Below the pieces are notes generated by a model, which was not told the origin of the DNA, made no database searches, and saw only the letters and a program-made list of their open reading frames with translations. DNA of 64,000 nucleotides, taken from positions 207,610-271,609 of the forward strand of contig JANQRZ010000006.1 of NCBI GenBank assembly GCA_028284265.1, in the 5' to 3' direction. Positions 27,184-37,021 of the stretch are shown piece after piece. Source of the DNA: Rhodothermales bacterium. GTDB taxonomy: Bacteria; Bacteroidota; Rhodothermia; Rhodothermales; JANQRZ01. Within the stretch, counting starts at the first letter, position 1. Each line of letters starts with the position of its first letter. Both the position numbers and the translations under genes were made by a program.

Positions 27184-29574
27184 TTATTCGTAGCGAAGCG
27201 CTTTGACCGGGTCGGCGGTCGCGGCGCGGAGGGCTTGGGTGCTGACCGTCACAAGCGCGAGGAGAAGCACAAGCGCACCCGCGATCACGAAGGGGAGGAG
27301 ACCCACGTCGATCCGGTAGGCGAAGCCGTCGAGCCAGCGCTCGGCAGCGAACCACGCCAGCGGCGCGGCCACCACGAAGCCGATCCCGACGAGCCGGAGG
27401 AAGTCCACCGAGAGCAGCCCGATGATGCTTGCCACGCCCGCGCCGAGCACCTTGCGGACGCCGATCTCCTTCGTCCGCCGCTCCGCCGTGTAAGCCGCCA
27501 GCCCGAGGAGGCCGAGGCACGCCACGAGAATGGCGAGCACGGCGAAGAGGCCGAGCGTCTGCATCAGGCGGCGGTCGGACTGATAGAGTTGGGCGAAGGT
27601 GTCATCGAGAAACTGGTACTCAAACGGATAGCGCGGCTCGAACTGCGCCCACGTCGCCTCTAGGTGCGCGAGCGCGCCCGCCACATCGTCTCCGGCGAGG
27701 CGCACAGTCAGGCTACCGTTGCTGCCGTCGAGCGCCATGAACAGCGGGGCTACCTCTTGATACATCGCCGCGATCTGGAAGTCCTCAACCACGCCGATCA
27801 CCGTGCCCTCGTCGATCTCGCCGGGCATGTCGAAGCGCTTGCCGACCGCGTCGGTCCAGCCGAGGCTGCGGACCATCGCTTGGTTGAGCACGATGGCACT
27901 GGAGTCTGCCGGTCGGGCGGGGTCGAAGAAGCGTCCCTCAGCGAGGGTTAGCCCATATGTCTCGATCAGGTCCGTGTCATCGAGAAAGAGTCCGGCCGCC
28001 GTCAAGCCTTCATCCTCTGGACGCCCCTCGGGAACGACGGTGTGTGTCGAGAACCCTTGGCCGGGGACGTTGTTGGTGAGGGTCGCGTGCGTGATGCCGG
28101 GATGTCGCAACGCTTCGGCCTTGAATGCAGCGGCCTGATCGCCAATGTCGGTTCTGCCCGTCGGTAGCGTGACGAGGTGGTCGCGGTCATACCCGGGGTT
28201 CTCATCCAGCACGAATTGCATCTGGCTGTAGACGAGAAACGTACCTGCCAACAGCGCAATCGAGGCGGCGAACTGAGCCGTGACGAGCACCTGCCGGAAC
28301 CGCCGCCCGCCGAAGGTTTGGCTCCCTTTGAGTATCCGCGCCGGGCGGAACGCCGAGAGCACGAACGCCGGATACGTCCCCGCCGCGAGGCCAACTAATA
28401 ACCCCAGCCCCGCGAGCGCGATCAGCACCGGCGGATCGGTCCACGCGAAGGCGGGCATGGCTTTGCCGACCAGTTGGTTGAACGCAGGCCGCACTGTCTC
28501 GACGAGGACCAGCGCTAGGCCAAGCCCGAGACCCACGAGCAGCAACGCCTCGCTGAGAAACTGGCCGATAAGCTGGGGCCGCCGCGCACCTACCGACTTC
28601 CGCACGCCGACCTCGACCGCCCGCCGACTGGCCCGCGCCGTGGAAAGGTTCATGAAGTTGACGCACGCGATCAGCAGGATCAGCAGGGCGACGACACTGA
28701 GCACATAGACGTAGGCCCGGTTGCCTTGCACCATGCTCCGCTGGTAGAGGATGTCCATCGAGCCGAGGTAGATGTCGCCGAGCGGCTGGAGGTAGAGGCG
28801 GTACTGGTCGGCGCGTTCGGCGAAGTGCTCGGTCATGAAGCCCGGCAGCTTAGCTTCGAGCGCCGCCGGATCGGCGTCGGGGCGGAGCAGCACATAGGTA
28901 TAGATCGACTGCGGACGCCATATCGTGAGCCAGTTGAAGTCCAGTCCGCCGTTGCCCGGCACCACGCTCGACCACGAGACGAACGAGCCGTACTGGAGGT
29001 GCGAGTGCGGCGGTGTGTCCTCCACGATGCCCGTGACGGTATAGGTCAGGTCGCCGAACCCGAGGAGCGTCTGGCCGATGGGGTCGTCACTGCCAAAGAA
29101 GGCTTCGGCAAGGCGTTCCGTGAGCACGACTGAGAGCGGAGCTTCGAGTGCCGTCGCCGGGTCGCCGCGCAACAGGTCGAAGTCGAAGACCTCGAACACG
29201 TTGCGGTCGGCGAAGGTCACGCCGGGTACCGTCAGCGATGTCTCGCCGCGCTCAAAGAGGAGGTCGCCCCACCACGGGAGGATGCGGACGGTGGCCTCGA
29301 CTTCGGGATAGTCAGCGACGAGTTGCGGCCCCATTGGACCAGACGAGAGCGCGTGCAACTCGGTCCCGCCGGTCGGGAGCGTGTGCACCTTGTTGAGCCG
29401 GTAGAGGCGGTCGTTCTCGCTGTGGAAGCGGTCGAAGCTGCGCTCGTCGCGCACCCACAGGGCGATCAGCAGGCAGCACGCCAGCCCGACGGCCAGCCCT
29501 GCCACATTCAGCCCGGCATAGCCTTTCTGCCGACGGAGTTGACGGAGCGCGACGGTGAGGTAGTTCTTCAGCAT
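27184..29574 (-). CDS. duplicated FtsX/MacB-type ABC permease (paralogue 4)
   Basis: 796 aa. N-terminus MLKNYLTVALRQLRRQKGYAGLNVAGLAVGLACC, two FtsX modules, C-terminus ADPVKALRYE. First gene after promoter copy 4. Confidence 0.9.
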   Translation of the reverse strand: MLKNYLTVALRQLRRQKGYAGLNVAGLAVGLACCLLIALWVRDERSFDRFHSENDRLYRLNKVHTLPTGGTELHALSSGPMGPQLVADYPEVEATVRILPWWGDLLFERGETSLTVPGVTFADRNVFEVFDFDLLRGDPATALEAPLSVVLTERLAEAFFGSDDPIGQTLLGFGDLTYTVTGIVEDTPPHSHLQYGSFVSWSSVVPGNGGLDFNWLTIWRPQSIYTYVLLRPDADPAALEAKLPGFMTEHFAERADQYRLYLQPLGDIYLGSMDILYQRSMVQGNRAYVYVLSVVALLILLIACVNFMNLSTARASRRAVEVGVRKSVGARRPQLIGQFLSEALLLVGLGLGLALVLVETVRPAFNQLVGKAMPAFAWTDPPVLIALAGLGLLVGLAAGTYPAFVLSAFRPARILKGSQTFGGRRFRQVLVTAQFAASIALLAGTFLVYSQMQFVLDENPGYDRDHLVTLPTGRTDIGDQAAAFKAEALRHPGITHATLTNNVPGQGFSTHTVVPEGRPEDEGLTAAGLFLDDTDLIETYGLTLAEGRFFDPARPADSSAIVLNQAMVRSLGWTDAVGKRFDMPGEIDEGTVIGVVEDFQIAAMYQEVAPLFMALDGSNGSLTVRLAGDDVAGALAHLEATWAQFEPRYPFEYQFLDDTFAQLYQSDRRLMQTLGLFAVLAILVACLGLLGLAAYTAERRTKEIGVRKVLGAGVASIIGLLSVDFLRLVGIGFVVAAPLAWFAAERWLDGFAYRIDVGLLPFVIAGALVLLLALVTVSTQALRAATADPVKALRYE

Positions 29575-29607
29575 GGCGAGAGGTCAGGAGAGTAGGCTCC
29601 TGTCTTG

Positions 29608-29623
29608 CGCAAGCGATATGCCA
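29608..29623 (-). promoter_or_regulatory. sigma54-type -24/-12 promoter (copy 4)
   Basis: Minus strand reads TGGCATATCGCTTGCG. Lies 34 nt upstream of the ATG at 29574. Confidence 0.7.
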
Positions 29624-29676
29624 TGAGAGGCTCACCGTCCGAAGTGGCTCATGCAGCGTACCGATCCATTGCCCGG

Positions 29677-29713
29677 TGCGCGCTGCCGCACACTCGGTGG
29701 GCGCTAGCGCGCA
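29677..29713 (-). promoter_or_regulatory. tandem palindromic upstream sites (copy 4)
   Basis: Site A is tgcgcgctgccgcaca (29677..29692) and site B is tgggcgctagcgcgca (29698..29713). Centres are 21 bp apart. Site A is 63 bp from the -24 GG. The module ends 9 nt from the stop of the preceding permease gene. Confidence 0.55.
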
Positions 29714-29722
29714 GTGCCAGCG

Positions 29723-32101
29723 CTATTCGTAGCGAAGCGCTTTGACCGGATCGGTGGTGGCAGCACGGAGGGCTTGGGTGCTCACGGTCACGAGCGCGAT
29801 GGCGAGGGCCGCGAGTCCGGCGACAACGAAGACACCGGGGCCGAGGTCCACGCGGTAGGCGAACCCGTCGAGCCAGCGGCTCATCGCCAGCCATGCCAGC
29901 GGCGTCGCCACGACGAAGCCTATGAGCACGAGCCGGACGAAGTCCTTCGATAGCAGGGCGATCACACTCCCCACACTCGCGCCGAGCACCTTGCGGACGC
30001 CGATCTCCTTCGTGCGCTGCTCGGCGGCAAAGGCCGCGAGGCCGAACAGCCCGAGGCACGCGATCAGCACCGCCAGCGCGGCGAAGAGGCGAGCCAGCGC
30101 ACTCGTGCGCGCTTCGGCCCGGTAGAGATGGTTGAAGGTCTCGTCGAAGAAGGAGTACGTGAACGGATGCGCCGGGTCGAACGTCGCCCACGTCGCTTCG
30201 AGGGCGGCGAGCGTTTCCTCAACTTCGCCCGGTCGGATGCGCACCGAGACCGTCAACAGCCACCCCGGCGGCGGGATGAACAGCATGATCGGCTCGACGG
30301 TCTCGCGGAGGGACCGGTAGTGGAAGTCTTTCACGACGCCCACCACTGCCCCAACTGGTCGGTCTATCGCGGGCATCGCAATGGTCTCCGAAAACGGATC
30401 GTCCCAGCCAAGCGCACGGACGGCGGTCTCGCTCACGAGGTAGGTGCTGCTGTCCGTGGCGAAGTCTTCAGAGAACCCACGCCCGGCGACGATCTCCATC
30501 TCAAACGTGTCCAGAAAGTCGGGGTCGATGACGAGCATCCGCATCTCCGGTACCTCGTCGTCTGGGACGCCGGAGGGGGTGAAGGGAATGCCCCAGTCGC
30601 CGCCTCCGGGGAGGTTGCCCGAGGCCGTCACGTCCACCACGCCGGGATGCTGAAGCAAGGCTTCCTTGAGCGTCCCGAGGCGCTCCGTGAGGGCTTGGTC
30701 CCGCACGGGGATGGTGACGATTTGCTCGGTCTGAAACCCGAGGTCGGCGGACTCGATGAACCGGACCTGCTGCTGGACCACGCCGACCGCGACGAGCAGG
30801 AACACCGACACGGTGAACTGGACCACGACGAGGCTTCGCCGCAGCCACGCCCCACCAGTCGCACTGGCGGCTCCTTTGAGCACCCGCGCCGGACGGAACC
30901 GCGAGAGGACGAACGCTGGATAGCTCCCCGCCAGCACGCCGATGCCGAATCCAGCCACGAGCAGCGCGAGCCAGAACACAGGCTCCTGAATCGGGAGGGT
31001 AAGCTCGACGCCCGCGAGTTGGTTGAACGAGGGGAGGAGCGTCTGCGTCAGGAGCAGCGCGAGGCCGAGGCTGAGTACGATGAGCAGAAGCGCCTCGCCG
31101 ATGAACTGCCGTGCGAGGGCCGTGCGCGGGGCACCGATCGCCTTGCGGACGCCCACCTCCGTCGCCCGCCGCGCCGAGCGGGCCGTCGTCAGGTTGACGA
31201 AATTGACGACCGCCATCAGCAGGACGAGCAGCGCGAGGACAGCAAACGCGGAGACATACCCGAGGTCGCCTGTCGGCCCGATCTCGCGGTGGAGGTCAGA
31301 GTGGAGGTAGATCTCTGTCAGCGGCTGGAGGTGCGGAGTGATAGCGGAGAGTCCGCCCTCGGCTGGGTTTTGCGCTTGGAGTGCTTCGGTTATCACGGCC
31401 TCGCTCTCCGCGAGGTCGGCGGCATCGTCGAGCAGGAGGTAGGTATAGAATTGCGTCCGATTCCATAGCGTCGGCATCTCGGACGTATCCGACGCGAGCG
31501 AGATGAGATAGGAAAACGAGAAGTGGGAGGTAGTCGGTGGATCTTTCAGGATGCCCGTCACCCGGTACGTCTCGTCGTTGTTGAGCACCAGCGACTGCCC
31601 GACGGGATCGGCCTCGCCGAAGTAGCGAGCGGCGAGCGTTTCGGTGAGGACCATCGTATTCGGCTCCGTGAGCGCCGTCGTGGCATCACCCTGTACGAAC
31701 TCGAAGCTGAACACATCGAAGACATTCCCGTCGGCGAAGAGGCCACCTGCCTCATACGCCTGCACGTCGCCTCGCTCGAAAAGCTGGCTATTGAGCAGCC
31801 GGAACCGCGTCATCGTCTCCACCTGCGGGACCGCGTTGAGGACGGTTGGCCCCCACGGGCCGGGCACTTTCGCAAGGCCGGGGTCCCCGCCTCCATAACT
31901 TGCCTCCTCGTCGAAGATGGCGAGCCGGACGATGCGGTCCTTGTTTGCATGGTGCTGGTCGTAGCTCAGTTCGCCATAGACATAGAGCAGGATCGCCAAG
32001 CAGCACGCCATCCCCACGGCCAGCCCGGTTACGTTGAGGAGCGCGTAGCCTTTCTGGCGACGCAGATTGCGAAGGGCAACGACGAGGTAGTTCTTCAGCA
32101 T
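29723..32101 (-). CDS. duplicated FtsX/MacB-type ABC permease (paralogue 5)
   Basis: 792 aa. N-terminus MLKNYLVVALRNLRRQKGYALLNVTGLAVGMACC, two FtsX modules, C-terminus TDPVKALRYE. Confidence 0.9.
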   Translation of the reverse strand: MLKNYLVVALRNLRRQKGYALLNVTGLAVGMACCLAILLYVYGELSYDQHHANKDRIVRLAIFDEEASYGGGDPGLAKVPGPWGPTVLNAVPQVETMTRFRLLNSQLFERGDVQAYEAGGLFADGNVFDVFSFEFVQGDATTALTEPNTMVLTETLAARYFGEADPVGQSLVLNNDETYRVTGILKDPPTTSHFSFSYLISLASDTSEMPTLWNRTQFYTYLLLDDAADLAESEAVITEALQAQNPAEGGLSAITPHLQPLTEIYLHSDLHREIGPTGDLGYVSAFAVLALLVLLMAVVNFVNLTTARSARRATEVGVRKAIGAPRTALARQFIGEALLLIVLSLGLALLLTQTLLPSFNQLAGVELTLPIQEPVFWLALLVAGFGIGVLAGSYPAFVLSRFRPARVLKGAASATGGAWLRRSLVVVQFTVSVFLLVAVGVVQQQVRFIESADLGFQTEQIVTIPVRDQALTERLGTLKEALLQHPGVVDVTASGNLPGGGDWGIPFTPSGVPDDEVPEMRMLVIDPDFLDTFEMEIVAGRGFSEDFATDSSTYLVSETAVRALGWDDPFSETIAMPAIDRPVGAVVGVVKDFHYRSLRETVEPIMLFIPPPGWLLTVSVRIRPGEVEETLAALEATWATFDPAHPFTYSFFDETFNHLYRAEARTSALARLFAALAVLIACLGLFGLAAFAAEQRTKEIGVRKVLGASVGSVIALLSKDFVRLVLIGFVVATPLAWLAMSRWLDGFAYRVDLGPGVFVVAGLAALAIALVTVSTQALRAATTDPVKALRYE

Positions 32102-32108
32102 GGGGTTC

Positions 32109-34538
32109 TCATTCGTAGCGAAGCGCTTTGACTGGATCAGTCGTAGCCGTGCGGAGGGCCTGGATACTTACGGTTGCTAGGGCAACGAGGAGAGCGAGCG
32201 CTCCGGCCAGCAGGAAGACGCGGGGGCCGAGGTCGATGCGAGCTGCGAAGCTGTCGAGCCACTGCCGCATCGCGAGGTAGCCCACGGGCGCGGCGATAGC
32301 GATGGCGATGCCGACCAGCACGACGAAGTCTTTGGAGAGCAGCAGCACGAGTTGCGCCGCCGAGGCTCCCAGCACCTTGCGGATGCCGACCTCTTTCGTC
32401 CGCCGGGCCGCTGCGAGGGTTGCCACGCCGAACAAACCGAGGCCCGCGATGAGCACAGCGAAGAGAGCTCCGTAGCCGATGATCTGGCTCCACCGCTCCT
32501 CGCTCTGGTAGAGTTGGTCCATGTCAGCATCAAGGAAGCTGTACTGGAACGGCACGTCGTGGGTGAGACTTGCCCACGTAGCGCGCAGTTGGTCCAACGT
32601 TGCCGGTATCGCATCGGGCTGGATGCGGACCAGCACGTTCAGCACCGGGTCGCTCGACGTGGTGTAGAGCACGGCGGGTGCAACCTCCGCCTGCAAGGCC
32701 TCGAAGTGGAAGTCCCGGACCACCCCGACAATCGTCGGGTTTTGCAGACCGCCCCACTCGACCGGAAGCTGCCGCCCGACCGGGTTGTCCCAGCCGAAGT
32801 CGCGCGCGAGGGCTTCATTGACGAGGATGCTGCTCGTCGAATCGCTGGCGCGTTGCGGGTCGAGGTCGCGGCCTTGGATCAGGTCCATGCGGAGGGTTTC
32901 GAGGTAGTTGTCCGCGATACGCAGCGACACGACTTGCTTCAGCTCGCCCTCGTACCGGAAGCCACGCCGCCAGAGGCCGCGCCCGAAGGCGAAGTTGGAG
33001 CCGCTCACGCGGTCGATGGTCGGCTCGGCCTCGGCGAGCGAGCGGTAGCGGTCGAGCACGGTGTCGCTGTCCAGCCCGCGCGTCGGGATGACGACGACCT
33101 GCTCGCCCTGATAGCCGAGGTTGTGCGTCCGCAGGTGGCGAAGCTGCTGCGCCATCACGAGCGTGCTCACGATCAGGAATACCGAGAGGGTGAATTGCGC
33201 CGTCACCAGTCCATTCGCCAGCAGGCTGCGTCCGCCGACCTGCGCCCGGTTGCGCAGCGAGGCTACCGGCTGGAGGCGGGCCAACACGAGCGCCGGGTAG
33301 CCGCCCGCGATGAGGCTTGTCATGGCGAGCAAGACGAGCAGCGCGCCCCCTGCCCACAGCCCTTCAACTGCTCCGAAGTGTAGCGTCTTCCCGGCCAACT
33401 CATTGAAGACCGGCAGGAAAAGTGCAGCCAAGCCGATGCCGATGCCGAGGGCTAGCGCGCTCAGGAGCACGGCCTCGCCCCAGAACTGCGCGGCGAGTTG
33501 GCGGGGCTGCGCGCCCATCGCCTTCCGCACGCCGACCTCTTTCGCTCGCCGGGTCGAGCGCCCGAGAGCGAGAAGGGTGAAGTTGATGCAGGCGATCAGC
33601 AACACGGCCAGCGCGATGGCACCGAGGATGTAGGCGTAGCGCGGATCACTCGGTGGCGTGATGCCGGGGGGGACCTCCGGGTTGAGATGGATGTCGGTCA
33701 TCGGCTGGAGGCGGTAGACTGCAGGCGGGCCGTCGGTGGTCAGGACGCCGTTAGCGCGCATCTGGTCGAATATTGAGCCGAGGTGCGTTTCCATGAACTG
33801 AGGCATCTGCGTCTGCACGTTCGCAGCATCCGCTCCCTCGCGCAACATGACGTAGGTGATCGAGCGCGTTGCCCCCCAGCTATCCACGGCACGCTGCATG
33901 GCGCCGAGCCGCCGGACGAAGAGGTCGTAGGGAATCAAGACCTCGAACTGGACGCTGGAGCCTGTGGGTGGCGGAGCCGCTACGCCCGTCACGAGGAGGT
34001 CCACATAGCCCTCGCCGAGGCGCAGTTCGATCCGCTGGCCCAAAGCATCCGCCTCGCCGAAATAGCGGCGGGCCACCGACTCGGTGAGCACGACCGAGTA
34101 CGGGCCGGCGAGCGCGGTCTCCGGCCTGCCGCTCAGGAGTGGAAAGGAGAACACGTCGAAGAAAGCGGGGTCGGCAGCGAGGATGCCATCCTGCTCGACC
34201 ATCGTCTCACCGTGCCGAACGGTGAGAGCCGCATTGGGAAAGTCGAGCCTAACAAAGGCTTCGACTTCGGGGAACGTAGCCTGCATCGCAGGGCCTGCTG
34301 GAATCGGCATCGACAGTTCCCGGTCGAAGGGCGAGCTTGGCTCTACGACGTCGCGATAGAGCCGGTGGATGCGGTCAGCGTTGGTATGGAACTGGTCGTA
34401 GCTCAACTCGTCGCGCACGAACAGGAGCACGAGGAGGCAGAAGGCCAGCCCGATGGCGAGGCTGAACACGTTGATGGCCCCGAAGAGCTTCTGGCGTCCG
34501 AGTTGACGGAGCGCGGTGGAGAGGTAGTGCTTCAGCAT
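32109..34538 (-). CDS. duplicated FtsX/MacB-type ABC permease (paralogue 6)
   Basis: Start trimmed to MLKHYLSTALRQLGRQKLFG (ATG at 34538), which lies 2 nt after the stop of paralogue 7. The ORF-track extension to 34712 overlaps the upstream gene. Confidence 0.9.
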   Translation of the reverse strand: MLKHYLSTALRQLGRQKLFGAINVFSLAIGLAFCLLVLLFVRDELSYDQFHTNADRIHRLYRDVVEPSSPFDRELSMPIPAGPAMQATFPEVEAFVRLDFPNAALTVRHGETMVEQDGILAADPAFFDVFSFPLLSGRPETALAGPYSVVLTESVARRYFGEADALGQRIELRLGEGYVDLLVTGVAAPPPTGSSVQFEVLIPYDLFVRRLGAMQRAVDSWGATRSITYVMLREGADAANVQTQMPQFMETHLGSIFDQMRANGVLTTDGPPAVYRLQPMTDIHLNPEVPPGITPPSDPRYAYILGAIALAVLLIACINFTLLALGRSTRRAKEVGVRKAMGAQPRQLAAQFWGEAVLLSALALGIGIGLAALFLPVFNELAGKTLHFGAVEGLWAGGALLVLLAMTSLIAGGYPALVLARLQPVASLRNRAQVGGRSLLANGLVTAQFTLSVFLIVSTLVMAQQLRHLRTHNLGYQGEQVVVIPTRGLDSDTVLDRYRSLAEAEPTIDRVSGSNFAFGRGLWRRGFRYEGELKQVVSLRIADNYLETLRMDLIQGRDLDPQRASDSTSSILVNEALARDFGWDNPVGRQLPVEWGGLQNPTIVGVVRDFHFEALQAEVAPAVLYTTSSDPVLNVLVRIQPDAIPATLDQLRATWASLTHDVPFQYSFLDADMDQLYQSEERWSQIIGYGALFAVLIAGLGLFGVATLAAARRTKEVGIRKVLGASAAQLVLLLSKDFVVLVGIAIAIAAPVGYLAMRQWLDSFAARIDLGPRVFLLAGALALLVALATVSIQALRTATTDPVKALRYE

Positions 34539-34540
34539 GG

Positions 34541-36910
34541 CTATTCGTAGCGGAGAGCTTTGACGGGATCGGTGGTGGCGGCACGAAGGGCCTGCGTGCT
34601 CACCGTCAGCAGGGCGATGGCGAAGAGGAGCACGCCCGCGATGAGGAACGGCTCCGGCCCGAGGCCGATGCGGTAGGCGAACCCGTCGAGCCACTGGCTG
34701 AGTCCAAACCACACGAGTGGCACCGCGATCACGAAGGCGACCGCGACGAGTGCGACGAAATCTTTGGCGAGCAGCAGCACGAGGTTCGGCACCGTTGCGC
34801 CGAGCACCTTCCGTACGCCGACTTCCTTCGTCCGGCGCTCCGCCGTGAATGAGGCGAGGCCGAACAGCCCAAGGCAGGCGACGAAGATGGCGAGGAAGGC
34901 GAAGATGCTCACGATCCGCCCGAGCTGCTCCTCGTTGCGGTAGAGTCGGTCGTACACGTCATCGAGGAAGCGGTACGAGAATGGGCGGTGTGCAGCGAAC
35001 TGGCCCCACACGGCTTCGAGATGGTCCATGCCGGCCCGCGTGTCGCCGGGCGCGAGGCGGACGGCGAGATGGAACACGTTGCCGGGGTCGTACCAGATGG
35101 CGAGTGGCTCGATTTGCTCGTGGAGCGAGCGGAAGTGGAAGTCCTTCGCCACACCGATCACCTCGCCCCAGCGCGAGTCCACCGCCACGCGCCGCCCGAT
35201 GGCCTCTGTCGGCGTCCAGCCGAGCCGTTCGACCGTCGTCTCATTGATGACGAACTGGTAGTTGGCTGAGTCCGGTTCGGGCGGTGTCGCGGGGAAGCCA
35301 CGTCCAGCCACGAGCGTTAACCCTAGCCCATCCGTCACGTTCGGATCAGAAGGGAGACCCTTGATAAGAAACCCCTCATCTTCGCCCATGCCTTCCGTGC
35401 GGAAGCCGGAAGTCCAGCCTAGCTGGCCGGGAACCTGGTTAATACCAGTCGTGGCAACTATCGCTGGACTCTGGGTGATGGCATTCTGCATCGCGGTAAC
35501 CTGTTCCTGCAGGATCGAGTCGGAGAGGGGGAGCACCACGAGGTGCTCCTTGTCAAACCCGAGTTGCTGTGCATTCAGGTACCTAAGCTGGCTCATCACC
35601 ACGAGCGTCCCGGCGATGAGGAACGCTGAGATACCGAACTGGAGCACGACGAGGCTCTTCCGCAGCCACGATGAGCCGGAGGATGTGGTACCCCGTCCGC
35701 GAAGCACGCGCGCCGGTTGGAAGCCGGAGAGGTAGAGCGCTGGGTAGCTTCCTGCCACCACACTCACGACGAGGAAGATGCTGACGATCAGCGCGACGAG
35801 TCCCGGCTCGGCGAGCGTCCCAAAGGTCAGCGCCTTGCCGCTCAGTTCATTAAACCACGGCAGCCCGATCCCGACGAGCGCCACAGCCAGTCCCAACCCG
35901 GCTAGTGTGAGCAGCGCCGACTCACTGAAAAACTGCCCGACGAGCTGCCCGCGGAACGCCCCGAGTGACTTCCGCAGGCCGACCTCCTTCGCCCGCTGCC
36001 CGGCGCGTGCCGTGGCGAGGTTCATGTAGTTGATGCACGCGATCAGGAGAATCAGCAGCGCTACCGTCGTGAAGCCGATCACATAGGTCATATCGCCTGT
36101 CGCGTCGATGTCGTAGGCGATGTCGCTGGCGAGGTGGATGTCTGGTAGTGGCTGGAGTGTGAGGATGCGCGAGTGCTCGCCTGCTGACCTCCGTTCCGCA
36201 ATGAACGCATCGATCTTCGCCTGCAATGGGGCGGCGGCGGTGGCACTCGGCAGGCGAATGAAGGTGAAAAAGTTGGCTGAGCCCCACTGCTCGTTGTTGG
36301 CCCAGTGCTCCCGCGAGGCAAATGAGGCGAGGAAGTCGAAGCGAAAGTGCGAGTTTGTGGGCACGTCCGCCATCACGCCCGTCACCTCGAACTCTTGGTC
36401 GTTGTTTCGGATGATGGTCTGCCCGACGGGATCGGTGTCGCCGAAGAACTTCTCCGCCGTTGATTCGGTCAGCACGACGGTGTTGGGTCGGGTCAGCGCT
36501 GTCTGTGCGTTGCCTGCCAGCAACTCGAACCCGTCGAAGACCTCGAAGAACGTCGAGTCGGCGAAGTAGAAGCGGTTATCGTCGAAGATGCGCCCGCCTG
36601 CCCGAACGACTCCGCCATGTGCCTCGATCCGCGTGGTTGTCTCCACCTCCGGAAACTCGCGCCTCAGGAGCGGGGCCACGATGTTCGGACTGATAGCGAT
36701 CGTTGCATCGAGTTGGGGAACGACCATGTTGACGCGGTAGACGGCGTCGGCGTCCTCGTGGAAGCGGTCGTAGCTCAGTTCATCGCGGACGAAAAGCAGC
36801 AGAAAGAGGCAGCACGCGACGCCGACAGCGAGGCCGGTGACGTTGAGCGCGGCGTAGCCGGGCTGACGGCGAAGGGTGCGGAGGGCGATGCGGAGATAGT
36901 TGAGCAGCAT
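34541..36910 (-). CDS. duplicated FtsX/MacB-type ABC permease (paralogue 7)
   Basis: Start trimmed to MLLNYLRIALRTLRRQPGYAALNVTGLAVGVACC (ATG at 36910). The ORF-track extension to 37063 runs through the promoter/UAS. Confidence 0.9.
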   Translation of the reverse strand: MLLNYLRIALRTLRRQPGYAALNVTGLAVGVACCLFLLLFVRDELSYDRFHEDADAVYRVNMVVPQLDATIAISPNIVAPLLRREFPEVETTTRIEAHGGVVRAGGRIFDDNRFYFADSTFFEVFDGFELLAGNAQTALTRPNTVVLTESTAEKFFGDTDPVGQTIIRNNDQEFEVTGVMADVPTNSHFRFDFLASFASREHWANNEQWGSANFFTFIRLPSATAAAPLQAKIDAFIAERRSAGEHSRILTLQPLPDIHLASDIAYDIDATGDMTYVIGFTTVALLILLIACINYMNLATARAGQRAKEVGLRKSLGAFRGQLVGQFFSESALLTLAGLGLAVALVGIGLPWFNELSGKALTFGTLAEPGLVALIVSIFLVVSVVAGSYPALYLSGFQPARVLRGRGTTSSGSSWLRKSLVVLQFGISAFLIAGTLVVMSQLRYLNAQQLGFDKEHLVVLPLSDSILQEQVTAMQNAITQSPAIVATTGINQVPGQLGWTSGFRTEGMGEDEGFLIKGLPSDPNVTDGLGLTLVAGRGFPATPPEPDSANYQFVINETTVERLGWTPTEAIGRRVAVDSRWGEVIGVAKDFHFRSLHEQIEPLAIWYDPGNVFHLAVRLAPGDTRAGMDHLEAVWGQFAAHRPFSYRFLDDVYDRLYRNEEQLGRIVSIFAFLAIFVACLGLFGLASFTAERRTKEVGVRKVLGATVPNLVLLLAKDFVALVAVAFVIAVPLVWFGLSQWLDGFAYRIGLGPEPFLIAGVLLFAIALLTVSTQALRAATTDPVKALRYE

Positions 36911-36941
36911 GAAGGCAGGAGGATGGGAGTGACTCCCATCG

Positions 36942-36957
36942 CGCAAGCCATATGCCA
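36942..36957 (-). promoter_or_regulatory. sigma54-type -24/-12 promoter (copy 1)
   Basis: Minus strand reads TGGCATATGGCTTGCG. Lies 32 nt upstream of the ATG at 36910. Confidence 0.7.
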
Positions 36958-37021
36958 CCTCACGCCCGTCTAATGCGATGCGCGTTGGGCGGCTTGAGAG
37001 CCTGCCGCACGCTTCAGGCAC

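Noticed and set aside
36911-36922. AGGAGG string next to the start codon of permease 7, considered as a Shine-Dalgarno sequence
   Set aside because: It is on the plus strand. On the coding (minus) strand the sequence reads CCTCCT, so it is not an SD sequence.
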